Of a DNA stretch of 64,000 nt, positions 26,030 through 39,602 are shown piece after piece. The stretch comes from Lama glama (lineage: Eukaryota). The stretch covers positions 15,564,001 to 15,628,000 of the forward strand of contig CM052818.1 in NCBI GenBank assembly GCA_028534125.1. Direction: 5' to 3'. The translations under genes and the position numbers were made by a program. The notes under the pieces are model-generated. The model saw only the letters and a list, made by a program, of their open reading frames with translations. It ran no database searches and was not told the origin of the DNA. Position 1 is the stretch's first letter. Every line of letters starts with the position of its first letter.

Positions 26030-26220
26030 ATAGCTAGCATTTATTAAATGACTGATACATGCACACACATATCCCAGGCACTGTTCTAAGAGCTTTACAT
26101 GCACTGATTAATCTAATTCTCACAATGACCAAACAAGCTCGAAATGAATGAAGCACAGAACCTTTAAAATATGTGATCATGATCATGCAGCTAGAAGATC
26201 GTGGAGCTAGGGTTTGAATA
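26030..26220 (-). mobile_element. MIR SINE
   Basis: ccaggcactgttctaagagctttacatgcactg...aattctcacaatgacc. Confidence 0.75.
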
Positions 26221-26537
26221 ATTGTATTGAAAAAAGAAATATTTTATCCTACAAATACGGCTTTATAAATAATAAAGAGTTTCCTTTTAATGAATTTCAA
26301 CACTTGTTATCAGTAACATTTCTCTGTGCTTCAAAATAATCTTACAACTTCTTTTTGAGTTTAGTTAACTTTCACCTTGATTCCTGTTTTCCCCACCCTC
26401 CAAGGCTTTAAAGAAACAGTTGATCTAGGCATGATCATCAAGAGTCCTCATTACACATTACATTGATATTGTATCATAGTATCCCAAATAATGCATTATA
26501 AAATGCTTGATAAATTGTGCACAAATGAATGAATCAA

Positions 26538-27375
26538 GGTTTCAGTTATCTGTTGTCACCTAGCAAACCACCCTAAAAGTCAGTGGCTTACAGCAGCCCT
26601 TAGTGATTGCTTTATGCGGTACTTGGGGTTGACCAGGGTGAGCTGGGCAGACCTCGCTGGATGTCTCCCGTGCAAGTGCACTCAAGTAATAGTTAGACTG
26701 AAGTCACCTGAAGCCTCGACTAGGCTGCACAACCGTAATAGCTCTCTCACGTGGCCGATAGTTAACACCAGCTGATGTCTGAGAGCTCAGGGGCAGCTGT
26801 TACTGACCCTTCCACCGAGCCTGGAATGATCACAGCCTGGTGGCTGGATTGTGAGCGGGAATGTCCCAGAGGCGGGAAGCAGAAGCTGCCTGGCCCACTA
26901 AGAGTTAGCGTTGTATCACTTACGCCAGGGCTGAATTCTGACGTTCATGAGCCCTAGGCACTTTGGCTGTCATGAATGCCTTCCTCCATTAAACAAAAAG
27001 ACAAATACATAAATTTTATATATATATAATTATACTTTGACAGTGTTGATAGAAAGATAAACATATGTTCAACCATTTTCTTACACCTAAATGTTCATTT
27101 TTTTAAACTTGTGATTTTAAGAGAAATGAAAACATTTGTTATGGGTCCCTAAAAGTGTCATGGGCCCTAGACACTCTGCTAACTGTACCTGATAGATAAG
27201 TTAGCGCTGACTTCTGTCATTGCCTACTAGTCAAAGCAATGATAGGGCCCACCAGATTCAGTGGGGTAGAGAGATCAACTCCAGTTTTCGATGGGGGAGG
27301 GAAAAGGTCACATTGCAGCAGAGCATGTGGGTGGGACATATTATTACAACCATCTTTAGAAAAGAAAATCTGTCA
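26538..27375 (-). mobile_element. MLT1 (MaLR) LTR, split by a MITE
   Basis: tttcagttatctgttgtcacctagcaaaccaccctaaaagtcagtggctta...; resumes after ~27210 with ccagattcagtgggg...aaggtcacattgcag. Confidence 0.8.
26926..27209 (+). mobile_element. MER96B-like hAT MITE
   Basis: cagggctg...gagccctaggcactttgg ... gggccctagacac...gataagttagcgctg; diverged 8-bp TSD acttacgc/acttctgt. Confidence 0.75.
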
Positions 27376-27886
27376 AAATGAACACACCTCTGAGAAACAT
27401 GAGCCCTTTTGCTGTCTCTCTTGGAATGCACGCATATAATAACGTTAAGATCTACTACTCCAGTAGTCACTGAGAAGGCTTAAATAATATTTCCTGGTAT
27501 TCAGGAAAACATAAAACAGCCATACTACTTTCAAAATTCTGGCATACAAATATAAAGATATATTGCAGGGTCAGGAAATTGTTATTGACGCAATCATAAC
27601 TTTATAGAAAATTTCAAGAACTTTAAATGAGTTCATGAAGGAAAATCCACCTCTGCCCAGATCAGAAACACAGGACTACTGGAAACTGATGCTGTGCTAG
27701 ATTGTTTCAATTTCAATGCAAGGTAGAACCTAATGGAGTAAACATGTATCCACACCTTGACATCAAATGAATAGAGAGTTGTGAGTGACTGTCCGTGCTG
27801 GCTTAATGGACCTAGTTGTTTTCCTCCTCAAAGATGGATGTATGTTGTTGCAGAGACGATTCCTGCCTCGTTCTGAGAAATTTAAG

Positions 27887-27923
<37 letters not shown>
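27887..27923. repeat. Compound (TC)n(AC)n microsatellite
   Basis: Direct reading. Confidence 0.95.
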
Positions 27924-27925
<2 letters not shown>

Positions 27926-28614
27926 TGCCAGTTTGATCTGAAACATTTTCCAAATAATAGAAATACCAGATGTAGGTAACAAAGTGACAGTTCAGTACAT
28001 TAAAGATTAGCCAAGAAATTTTTTCTCTTTCTTCCACAGAAATACAAAGCCATTTTTCTGCCTGGTTAATGTAGAAGACTGCAATTTTACAAGTCCACTT
28101 ACTCAGGGCTATTTCAAAATGGCAATTACAGTGGCACAGGGCTGGCTTGGAAGGATAGGGTGAACACATTGGTCTGTGGAAGATTGATTTTACATGTATA
28201 AGAAGAAAACCATTTGGATCAAAAGAAAGAGCCAGTTGTGTGAGTCAGTATCACACAAAATAGTCATTTCAAAAACAGGACATGTACTAAGAATGGACTA
28301 GATGACCAGACAATTTTAAAATATTATAAAATAGAAGCTAATGCTTAAAAGAGTAGCAAGAAGTTAGACAGCAACTTTGACATTCTAAAGGTAGGAGAAA
28401 TCGGTCTTTTAGCCAACATCCATTCTTAGGGGCATTTCATTCCCACTGCTTTTGGGGAAACTGACCTCTTCACCAACCCTTCTTGGCCCCAGGATGGAGT
28501 TCAAATTCAAGTGTGTATCTTACCACTTTACCTCTTACTGCTACTGAATCAGTCTGCTGGGGAACTCCAATCCAAATGATTTTACTTAGGGACGTCCAAA
28601 ATAATTCTAAAGAA

Positions 28615-28845
28615 ATAATAATTGCAATGGATGTCTGTAGATTACTCTGTTATGGACCAAGTACTGTTCTCAGCACTTTGTAGCTATTAACTAATTTCAT
28701 TTTGCCAGTAGTCCTAAGAGGAGGTAACATTATCAGCCACATTTTACAAATGAGGAAACTGGGGTAGGGATAACTTAACTTCCTAGTCAGCATAGGTCAA
28801 GCCAAGACTAAAAGTCAGGCAGTCTCATACCAGAGCCTGTGACCT
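28615..28845 (-). mobile_element. MIR SINE
   Basis: cattttacaaatgaggaaactgggg core. Confidence 0.8.
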
Positions 28846-29946
28846 GTGTGTTAGCCCACCTTTGGGACATCAATGTTGGAAAGAACACACAGGGTTACAG
28901 GAAAATTCCATGGAGGTTATGAGCAGTGGTTACTTTTAATGTGTCTAGGAGAGCTGCATTCTTTACCAAAGATACAACAATAATGCTCTTTTTGTGAAAG
29001 CCCTTAACATTAGATACATTTGTAATTGTGAAGTTTAAACTTTCAAATATTTAAAAGACACAAATTGCACTCCTTTCCTGAAGTCATTACCATACACATA
29101 TCATATGAACTTTTGTTGCCAGAAACTTACCCATAAAAAAGCACCATTTCATTTTACTAGAATTATGATAGAAATTTGTTTCCCTCGGTTGGTTAGAAAA
29201 CATGTATCTCAAAGCTAAGCAAGTAGCAGAGCAAACTTCACTCTTCATTAACGGCAGGCTATTCCTGATTCCTGCCCTTGCTTGATTCTAGGATTTGAGC
29301 AGGTAGCATCCTCACCTGTATTCAAGGTTCTCCAGAATGGAAACAAAGTCTAATTTCTAAAGTGTTACTTTGAGAGTAGCCAGAGGACTACACCTGTTCT
29401 GTCGATAAATCAAAAGCCTCAGTCTCCTGGGCTATCCGTCCTATCCCTTTCCTAGCTCCTACATTCACCCTAAATGGTAAATCAATAGGCCGATCCTCAA
29501 ATGTTTCGGCAGCTACAGAGGGTGCTGTATTTGTTGGTACCAGACTTTGTGCTCCTTGCATGCTCTCTGGACACAAATAATAGAGCTCTCACTTTGATGT
29601 GCGGGGTTAAGAGAGAATAGTACTCTGTAAGTATATATGACACATCAGAGTCTATAAAATAAAGTTGCTTCTTTCCCTGAAATTGGTCCTAAAACTCAAG
29701 TTACGTTGTCACAGTGCGAAATAGTCTGTGGGTCCTGAATAGCCCCACTTTGGTGCCTCCTCTGATCCTTTTATTCCATAAGGCTTCCTATTTTGTGTGT
29801 CTTCCCTACCCCTTTCACTGAGATCAACCTTTTCCACCCTTGGACACGCTCCACAGTACAGACCAAGTCCAGCAACAATAGGATTGACCCCCCTCCCACC
29901 CCCAATTCCTCTCCATGGAAGAAACCAGGGCCTGCTATCCATTGTT

Positions 29947-30066
29947 ATGTTTGAAAGGAACCCCACTTCAAAATGACACCTGCACCCCAATGTTCATAGC
30001 AGCAGTGTTTACAATAGCCAAGACATAGAAACAGCCTAAATGTCCATCAACAGATAACTGGAGAAA
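29947..30066 (+). mobile_element. Isolated internal fragment of a young L1 (ORF2 C-terminus)
   Basis: gacacctgcaccccaatgttcatagcagca...aaatgtccatcaacagataactgg, near-identical to ~33466-33580. Confidence 0.85.
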
Positions 30067-30420
30067 GGTTAAAAACATAGAATAATTCCAAGAGAATTTT
30101 TTTTCAGTCTTGTTTCCTAGCTAAATGTTTACTTTCACTGTGGTTCTAATATGTAGAATTATTTACTCAGACCACTCCCTACAAAGTAGCCCTGATTCTA
30201 GAGATGCAGCATCAAAACGTCAGCCTCTTTTACCAGCATCCCAGCTTTCAGTTACTGACAGAAATACTAGTTCACGCTAACAATGTTCCTGAGCTGTCTT
30301 TACGTTCCTCTCCCACACTTCAATGGAAAGCTTCTACTTTCTCTGCACCCTCCATTACTCCTAGTCCCAACTTCCATTTCCTTTTTCTAATTATTTGCAT
30401 AGGATAATTCATTTAGGTAT

Positions 30421-30946
30421 TGTTTCTATTTTTTATCTTTCATATATATTGATGTTTTGACTCTTCTGGCTGGGGAGAGACTGCCCCTCCTGGGACTAGC
30501 CAATTCTTAGAAATAGCAAAGGGCTCGGTCTAGAACATGCCTTGGATGAGCAAACCAACCAATACGGAGCCCTACTTCCTTTAACTGGCTGGTCCATCCA
30601 GGAAGCACTATTCTTCTCTCTGCCCTCATCATCCCAGAGCCAGGTTCTAGGCAACCGAGAACTATCCCCTACAGCTTGGAGCCTGCTGAAAGTTTTTAGA
30701 CTAGCCCATGCTAAATTATTTACGTTGGCCTACCTCACCTTCCCTGCAGAAGCCCAGGCAAAGGCTGAGGTTCCTCCTCAGTCCTGCCCCTTCTGCCTCT
30801 TGCCCGCCCTGGGTCTCTCTTACATGGCCACAGCTCTGGTCTCTAGGACCTGCGAGTGTCATAAACCTTGTCTTCTTCCTGAACTTCTCCTGTATCTTCT
30901 CTTGTGGCCATGCCTGACTGACCATCACATAAAAGAATACAGAACA
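30421..30946 (+). mobile_element. MER54/MER74-family ERVL solo LTR
   Basis: TG...CA ends; gagagactgcccctcctgggactagccaattcttagaaatagcaaagggctc; ends gaccatcacataaaagaatacagaaca. Confidence 0.8.
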
Positions 30947-31894
30947 ATTTTGTCTGAAACCAACGATCTCTTTGTTGACAAAAATGTTACGTAAAAATAA
31001 AGACACTGCCTCAAGTGAACCTGACATTGTGGGATAACTACAGTTACAACATAGGATGTTAAGTACTATAATAAAACGTAGTATTCAAAGCAAAGAAATA
31101 TGAAAGAATGCTTGTGCGGGTGGAAAGATGAGTAGTTCCAGATGTTAAGAGACTGGCGAAGGGGTGTGGGCAGAGTTATGCAGTAAGAGGATGTAGCCAC
31201 AGATAGAGGAAAGGGGTCACGCAAAGCTTTTTCTGCCACGCTAAGAAAATAGACTTTAATACAATGGTCCTCAATCTATGTTTCCTGCCCTGACACACAT
31301 GGGAGATATTTACCTGAAAGAAAAAAACAAAAAACAAAAAAACTTGGGAATATCTTAAACAATTACTACCATGTAGTTAAACGTAACCCCTTTCCCTAGC
31401 TCTCAAAAAAATTACAAAATGAATATTGCTTAAGCAAAACAACATTAAAGAATTATTCTAGCATCTTCTTTATTATATAAAGCATGTAAATCATTCAAAG
31501 ACTGTTCAGCTTTGTTAGTGGACACAAAAAATACGAGACATTTCTCAGCTGAGCATAATGTAGTTGTATCTTGACAGGAAGTTTGAGGATCACTGGAAAA
31601 GAACATGATTTGGGTGAAGGAAGAACACTGAAGGTAAATTACCAGAGGGAACATGACTGCAATTGTCCAACTGAGATTTTACAAGTGACAGTGGGAACAG
31701 AAGCAGAGAAAGCCTAAACGTATCTGGGGACAAAACTGTTGTTCAGGTTGAAGGAGAAGAATGAATTCATATTCAGTGAAAAGTTTAGGCTACTAATTGG
31801 ATTAAGAAGTCATCATTCTAAGAAAAATAGAGTAAATATGAGGAACATTTAGTGGTGGAAGATGATGGACAAAGGAAAAGAAACGTATCATGAA

Positions 31895-32050
31895 GGGATA
31901 CCTTTGGCTACAAATTACACACTTCCCACTAATAGTAACTCAAATAAATAGATTTTTCTTCTCTCTTCATAAATGGAGTTCAGATATTGGTAGGTGTTGG
32001 CGCTGATTCTGCTTTCAGGGACGTCCTCAGAGATGCAGGCTTTTTCATTA
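31895..32050 (-). mobile_element. Old MLT1 fragment
   Basis: tacctttggctacaa...actaatagtaactcaaataaataga. Confidence 0.45.
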
Positions 32051-33453
32051 AGTCTGAAAATGGTGACTAGCGTACTCTGCTGGGACATGAATCAGGAGTG
32101 TTAAAGATAAGCGTTCATAACAATCTCCAAATGTTTGGTAATACAGGGTAAGGAGGAGAAATTCAGAATTAACAAAAGAGAGGAAAATCAGAAAAACTGC
32201 TGCTAGTATTGGGGAGATCCGAGAACAACTATAGACTGAGGGGAAAAAGTGAAGAAAATAAGACAATAGAAAAGAGGCTAATTTACGTCTCAGAAGAATG
32301 TGGAGTGTTTGTGTCAAGAGCACAAGTAGGTTCTGGGTTTCAGAGAAAATTGATTTTTTCTTTTTTGTAATTTCTGTATGTCTAAATTCTTATCAGTGAT
32401 CATGTGTCACAGTTATAATAGAAAGAAAAAAATATTGTTATGTTCAGCTTATGCTGAACTTGGAATCAAGTAGAGATGACACACGTCTGGAGCCCAGAGT
32501 ACAGCTCAGTGCATGTCAACGCTGGTCATGTCGCTGCCTTCCCTCTTCCTGAGATGAAGGGAATGACACAGGGATGGAAAGTGATTCAGGTACCTTTGCA
32601 AACAGACAGAAGGAAACTGAAAGGAATTCACTAGCTATGGTCTTTCTCTCAGAATACTGTGTGACTTAAAAGAAATAACAAATTAATACACTCCTTGATT
32701 GCACTGAAGCAGGGAACCCTCTCCACCTGGAGAGCAACCATTAAAGTAAAGCTTGTGATTTAGGCCTTGTGAAAGTACAACTCACTTCATAAGCTGAGGG
32801 GTTGGAAGGCCTGGGTTCATGGACGAAACTCTTTGACTTTTTCATCAGAGCTGTCCAGCACCCCCAGGTTTAAAAGTCCAGATCCTACTATATAAGAAAA
32901 AATACCAAAGTCAGAGACTATGTATTGGTTTTTTTTTAACCCTAAAACTGAAAAATGATCAAACTAACACTAACGTGGTTCCCGTTTATTGACATCAGTT
33001 TCTCTGGGAGTCAGAGAGAGACCACCTTTGGATGTCTGAGAGGGAACAAATCATTTCCAAATTTTCTAACTCGAGGCTCATTAAATTCTAAAAGCCAACT
33101 ACACAAAAGATTCACAGCTATAAAGAATGTCACCACAGGTGTAGTACAAAAATCCAGCCCAACCTCTTCCAAATGCCTCAATAACCTTCCATTATATTTT
33201 ACACTTTGGACTCCAATTACCTTTTCATAGCTGCATAGGATAAGTGTCCATTTACTGGAGAGGTGCGGTACTTTACCTTATCCACATAATGCTATCCTTT
33301 TAGTGTGCTACACAATCGGTAGCTGAAAATAGCTTTCATTTTAGAAAAAAAAAAAAGATTTTATTTTTCCACCTTGCAGTTATCTATTAAGCAGACCAGG
33401 GAGGAAGACCCAAGCTTCATCTTAGCTATTTACTGCATCAAAACTGTAGAGTA

Positions 33454-34068
33454 TATATATCCAGAAGGAGCCCTACTTTAAAAAGACACCTGCACCCCAA
33501 TGTTCATAGCAGCACTATTTACAATAGCCAAGACGTGGAAGCAACCTAACTGTCCACTGACAGATGACTGTATAAAGAAGATGTGGTATATTTATACAAT
33601 GGAATTCTATTCAGCCATAAAAACCAACAACCTCATGCCATTTGCAGCAACATGGATGTTACTGGAGAATGTCATTCTGAGTGAAGTAAGCCAGAAAGAG
33701 AAAGAAAAAATACCATATGAAATTGCTTATATGTGGAATCTTAAAAAAAAAAAAACCACATAAATACAAAACAGAAACAGACTCACAGACACACAATACA
33801 AACTTGTGGTTTCCAAAGAGGGAGGGGGTGGGAAGGGACACATTGAGATTTCAAAATCTGTAGATACTGACAGGCATATGTAGAATAGATAAACAAGATT
33901 ATCCTGTATAGCACAGGGAAATATATACAAGATCTTATGGTAGCTCACAGTGAAAAAAAAGTGACAATGAATATATGTATGTTCATGTATAACTGACAAA
34001 TTGTGCTCTACACTGGAATTTGACACAACACTGTAAAATGACTATAACTCAATAAAAAAAAAGTTAAA
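33454..34068 (+). mobile_element. Young 5'-truncated L1 (camelid-type)
   Basis: Perfect 14-bp TSD aaaactgtagagta at 33440-33453 and 34069-34082; ORF 33500-33763 MFIAALFTIAKTWKQP..MWYIYTMEFYSAIK is the L1 ORF2 C-terminus; AATAAA and A tail. Confidence 0.95.
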
Positions 34069-34597
34069 AAAACTGTAGAGTAACAATGCTCTGTTGCTGG
34101 AGTAAGAATAATCATTATGACAAAAATTCAAATATGGTCCCATTGCTCCTCCAGTGAAGATCCTTCACTTCCCGGACTGACCTAACCCCTGCTGCTCATT
34201 TATATTATGTCCTTCTGTATTTCACAATAAAATAATTTCCATCTTCTTAAGTGGGAAATTAAGCATCTTCTGAACACATTTGAGATTTTCAGCACAACCC
34301 ATATACACGTGATAAGATGAGCATGAAGTCCTCATCTGTAGCATCTGTCTCAGTGCTTTTCAGAATAATTAGGACATACAACAGCAGCAATAGACCCTTG
34401 AAAGATTTCTTGAAAGACGTCAAAATTAAGAACTACCTCTAATAGAAACCTGCATGCAACTTCCTTTAATTGTAAATATAACCAACATACATTATCCTGG
34501 ACTTATACAGAAAGTAAGTGAGCAGGTCAACATACTTCTGTCTTCATTGTAGCTACCCTGAGAAGAGTAGGAGATACTTCTTCGACACAGTTAAGCT

Positions 34598-35070
34598 CAG
34601 CCATTAGAAGAATGACATCTTGCCCTTTGTGACAACATGGATGGATCGAGAGGATATTATGCTAAGTGAAATAAGGCATAGAAAGACGAATACCACATGA
34701 CTTCGCTTATGCATGGTATCTAAAACACAAAACAAATGAAGAAATAATACAAAACAGAAATGGACTTACAGATACAGAGAGCAAAGTAGTGGTTGCCAGA
34801 GTTGAGAGGAGTGGGGGGATGGATGAAATGGGTGAAAGATTAAAAGACAAACTTCCAGTTATAAAATAAGTAAGTCATGGGGATGTAATTTACAGCATAA
34901 GGAATATAGTCAATAACATTGTAATAACTTTGTGAGGTTCCAGATGGTAACTAGGCTTATCATGGTGATTATTTCATAGTATATATAAATATTGACTCAC
35001 TCACTGTGTTATATACCTGAAAGTAATATAAAATTTTATGGTGACTGTAACTCAATACAAAATAAAAAGC
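34598..35070 (+). mobile_element. L1MA-type 3' fragment
   Basis: tttgtgacaacatggatggatcgagaggatattatgctaagtgaaataag...acttccagttataaaataagtaagtcatggggatgtaa. Confidence 0.85.
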
Positions 35071-35194
35071 ATACTTGGGGGGAAAAAAAAGAGTGTCACG
35101 GAGAGAACTCTCGGTAGCTCTAAATTTAGCTTAAAAGGCAACACAAGACATGCCCAAATTACCTGCTAAATTGTAATACTGCTTCTAATACCAT

Positions 35195-35345
35195 GTGATT
35201 GGTTACTTATTATGTTTTGTGTTTAATGTCAGCTCCACCAGAGGTGTTATGAGGACCAGAGTCTTCATTTTGTTCAGTGGTCTAACGCAAGCCCCTAGAA
35301 CAGTGTTGGTACAGCTCTGAATTAATATCTATTCAACAAAACAGG
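35195..35345 (+). mobile_element. L2 3' end
   Basis: cattttgttcagtgg...gcccctagaacagtgttggtacag. Confidence 0.6.
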
Positions 35346-36269
35346 CTGGCTACTTTTAGCCCCCAGATAAGTGGAGAGCTACTGTCTTCGTGACTTCCTT
35401 CCAGGTCACAGTCCTCCACTTGGTAAGTCCTATTCAACACTGACCCCTGATACACATTCCGTGGGCAATGCTGAGGGTCTTTTCCTCTTTCTTACCAAAT
35501 AAAATTTGACTTCCTAAAGGATCAAAATAGTAGCTAACATGAACCATCTTTTTAAATATTTCTTTTCTTTTTTTTTTTTGTATTCCAAAAAAGTAGAATT
35601 GCATTTAACATGGGGAAAAAAACAAGAAAGAAATGAATATACATAATCTATAAGAATTTGGGGGTATTTTATCCTTTTAATGGAAGTTTAAATTGGGAAA
35701 TTCTTCAGCCTAGTGAAGTTATTTTTCCCCTTTACTATCTAGTTTGGGGTACTATAAATATTGCTTGGTCTATTTTGCAGCCTGTCAAGGCAAACTGTGG
35801 TAGAGACAAGAGAACTAGAGTTGGTTTTAAGCACAGAAATCCTTTTGACTTCTGGTAAAATGCTATTTTAAAAAATCTGAACAGTAAGATGTGAATATAA
35901 TAAAAAACATTATGAAATCTGAACATTATGGGGAAAAAAGCTAGTAGCCTGTATCATGCACCTCAATATACATTAGCTTATTATGTGTTTACAGCTGCCC
36001 ATTGGAATGGATAATGCTAAGTCAAACTTTTAGAGATATCAAAAAAAAAATGCTACTCGACCCCTTACTTTTATGTTAACTTTTAACATATGCTTCACAA
36101 CCTAAGATTCTAAAATCATTATGGTATTTTATTTACTCCAAATTTGAAGCAGTTTTACCACATAAGACACTGGATTTGTGATCATAAAGCAGGTCCTATG
36201 GGCAGTTCACAATAAGGCAGCTGGCTTCATAAGGACAAGCCTACTAAAAGGGCCAGAGCACCTCTCAGA

Positions 36270-36430
36270 AGTCTGAGTTTTGTAACCACATCTTCTGACG
36301 TTCTATTACTTTTACAACATTCTGTACGTTAGAGGCGCATCACTAACTCCAGCCCACAATCAAGATGAGAAGATTATAAAGTGTGAATACCAAGAGGTGG
36401 GAATTACTGAGAGCTATTTCAGAAGAGACT
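36270..36430 (-). mobile_element. MLT1 fragment
   Basis: tcactaactccagcccacaatcaag...gtgtgaataccaagaggtgggaattactgagagc. Confidence 0.55.
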
Positions 36431-38679
36431 TGGGCCCTCTGGGTCCTGGAGAGACTTGTGAAGTAATCTTCCATGTGTGGGTTTCTATCTTCACAGACTT
36501 GCCTCAACTAACTTCCTCTTGAAGGGAAACATAAGAGGTGGTCACACACCTGATGCTTCATGTCTTCATGACATGGCACCAGTCTGACCCTGTTGCCCAT
36601 ATTTACTCTGGCTCTGGTTGCTGCACATCTTCTTGATCCTCTGGTTACTGTCAGTAGATGTGCCTCTTTTGTACTCCACTCTCTATCTGCTTCAGGCCAT
36701 TTCTTTTTATCCTCCATAGACTCATATTCATGAAAGCGGGTCACAAGACAAGTACATGTTCCACCATCCACTGAGTGTTTTCGTATTATCCAACTTAAGA
36801 CCTAACGCCACTATAATCATTCTCATTTTACAGATAAGAAAGTTAGGTGTACATTAATATCATGCAGCTAGTGAGTGAAAAATAGTCACAGATCTATCAA
36901 AATTCACAGCTCAGGCCCTTAACCTCTGCGTTCTCCCCAGTAAGTCTCACCCTTGATATGATGTTTCATATGCTGTCATTACGTCTTCCATACCGTCAAA
37001 TGTGATTCCCTTCTCTTTCATTAAAAACAGTTCTACTTTAATAATAACAGCTTCTACTTATAATTATTAACTTTAGTGGTAGTAATAGTTGCACTGAGTT
37101 CAGAGTAATTCTTGTGTTATTTTACATATTATACAAATCATCACTTAAAAATGAGGGGGGGATTTGACACAGTGGGGATAAATCATTTGCCCATTTTCAA
37201 AGTTACTATGGAGTAAACCGTCAGCTGTGCCTCACTTCAATTCATTTGCTCTTTGCATTAATATATGCTGTCTCTTGATCACATTATCTTCCTGCCTGTG
37301 AAATGTCAGTATGATTAAATGACATATGATAACTGGCAACTTCAACTTACCACCTTCCAATCCAGCCTTCGTTCATTACCTCTTTAATTTGCTAAGCAAT
37401 CACATATCTGCACTTACAATGTGGCAACATAATTCATGCCAACTTCTCTCCTTAGGGCAGCTGTGACCTCAGTGCCTAATACAGCCTCCATCTGTTCCAT
37501 TTCACCCACTCTTCTCTGGTCCAAAACTTCCTTCCTCAGTTATCACTGGCTGACCTCAGTCCCCTTGCACAACCCACTCACCACAAGCAATGCCTTTCAG
37601 TTATGTACAAAGTCCGAGTTTGAAATACATTTCCATGACTGTCCCTCCCCTACACTCTACTGCAGCATCACCAACTTCCTGATAGTCAGACATCCTCTTC
37701 TCACCTCAAAAATGTGAATGTCCCGGGGATAGGGCAAAACCTCCCCCTCCTAGCTCGCCCTCTGAGGGCCCAGTGCCCAATCATTAAGCTTCATCTGTTG
37801 AATCTATTAGGCAGAAGGCACAATGGGAGTCTTAAGAGGACACCTCACATTGACTCATTTGCTCCCCAGGCAGCCAAAGAACCAGGGCAAAGTTATTTAT
37901 TGTCATGACATTTATTGAGCCCCATTCTGTCCTCAGTTTTCAGGAGAGTATCATTTATGGTTAAGAATACCACAAAGTTGCCGTTTATCTTACCCTTTCT
38001 CTAAGAACTCTCATAGCTTCTGCTTGAGTTTTGTGAAACTGTTACACTCTATAAAAATTATTCTCTGTCCCCCCTTTTTATCCCAGTGTCCACTATCCAT
38101 CTATTACTCACTGATTGAAACTGTGCCCAGCACAATCAGGGCATCTAAGGCACACAGTCAATACCAAATGCTTTATCCTTCAGCTATCTGTGCAAGCCTG
38201 AAAGTCTGATTTATTGTCCTCTTATTTCTCTTGCCTCCAAACATATGGCTTCATATTTTAATAACATTGGCTCTACTTGTTCAGGTTAAAGCTTGTGTGG
38301 GTACAGCTTTGTTTTTTATTTTTAAAGAACAGCCATTGAAAAGCTGCATCTCAGCACTGCTCTTCCCTAGGACAGTAAGCAGAGGCTATGTACTCTGTGT
38401 TACGGGGTTCAGTTTCCGTCTGTGAAGGAGAATGCAGTGCAGTCATGTTAATTTTCACCTGGCAAATCAAACTGCAGTGTCTTTCTCAGGGGCAGCGTCG
38501 TATAATTTGGGAGTGAGGGGTTTGGCTCTCTTACAAGGGATAACTTGTTCACATCACTAACCACTTTTAATTTCCATCAGGTTTACCAACTGGATTTGCT
38601 TCCTTTTCTCTTGATTTATTGTCTTCTTATTGAGAATGTGACACTAATGAGTATGGATGAAGGCAGTCTCCTAGGCAGA

Positions 38680-38920
38680 GGAGCGTATGAGCTAAAACTG
38701 CCTGGGCTTCCATTTCCAGAATGGAATCTCCTGCTCCCTGCTGGAGGCTGTGGGCAAGTTGAACAGCTTCTCTGAGCCTCAGTTTGCTCACAAAAAGGTG
38801 GGGGCAAAATAATAGTATTTTCTTCACATTACTGTTGTGATGATTAAATGAACTAAATTAAATAAAGTGCCAAGTACAATCCCTACCACAAGAAAGTGCC
38901 CCAAATATATGAGAGCTCTT
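38680..38920 (+). mobile_element. MIR SINE
   Basis: gggcaagttgaacagcttctctgagcctcagtttgctca...gttgtgatgattaaatga. Confidence 0.8.
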
Positions 38921-39602
38921 ACTGTTGATAAGGAAGAAAGAGAGGACCAGTGGAAATCTTCTCATTCCTTTAAAATCCCTGTCTGGGGTCGATTACGTCC
39001 CCTGAGGAAATACTGACCACACTCCAGCCTGTCTGGCCTGTGTATCCCTTATTAGAAAAGGCCGAGCAGGGCCTGCGTCCTTCTGGACTCGCACTTTGAA
39101 GCAAAGAGCCGACCACGGGGAGCTGCCAGTGGGTACCCGGCTCCTAGTTTCATCAGGGAAAAGGAACAACCTCCCCAGGAGGTTCCAATCTTATCAAATC
39201 ATTCTAACAGACAGTTTCTATCATTGCCTTTCTTCCAGCAGGAAAACGCACCATTTGAAGCACCGCGAGGAGGAAGCACGCCAACCCCAGACACACACGG
39301 CTCTGTGTTTCGAGAAGTGTGCCAGGTGGGCTTCCCGAACTCGCTTTCACCCAAAGGCCACAGGTCCCCTTGACATCCAGAGGCAATCATTACCCTCTAA
39401 GATCCCAAGTGAAAATAGCTCAAGAAACAGGAGCTTTAGGTCACCAGGGGCTTCTTGAACTGAAATGAGAGGCAGCAGGGTAGAAGGAAGAGCACTGGGC
39501 TCGGGCCCAGCTTAGCCACTAATCGCCTGCGCGGCCCTGACCACTCACAGGGCCTCTGACCTTCCAATAACTTCAGCTGTAACACGAGAGGATGGGTTAG
39601 GT

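Noticed and set aside
30542..30994. 150-aa ORF
   Set aside because: Lies almost wholly within a MER54/74-type LTR, has a non-ATG start and no recognisable domain.
33500..33763. ORF with a recognisable protein sequence
   Set aside because: It is the L1 ORF2 C-terminus in a truncated copy, not a host gene; the same applies to 40803-40994, 62715-63026 and 4793-5017.
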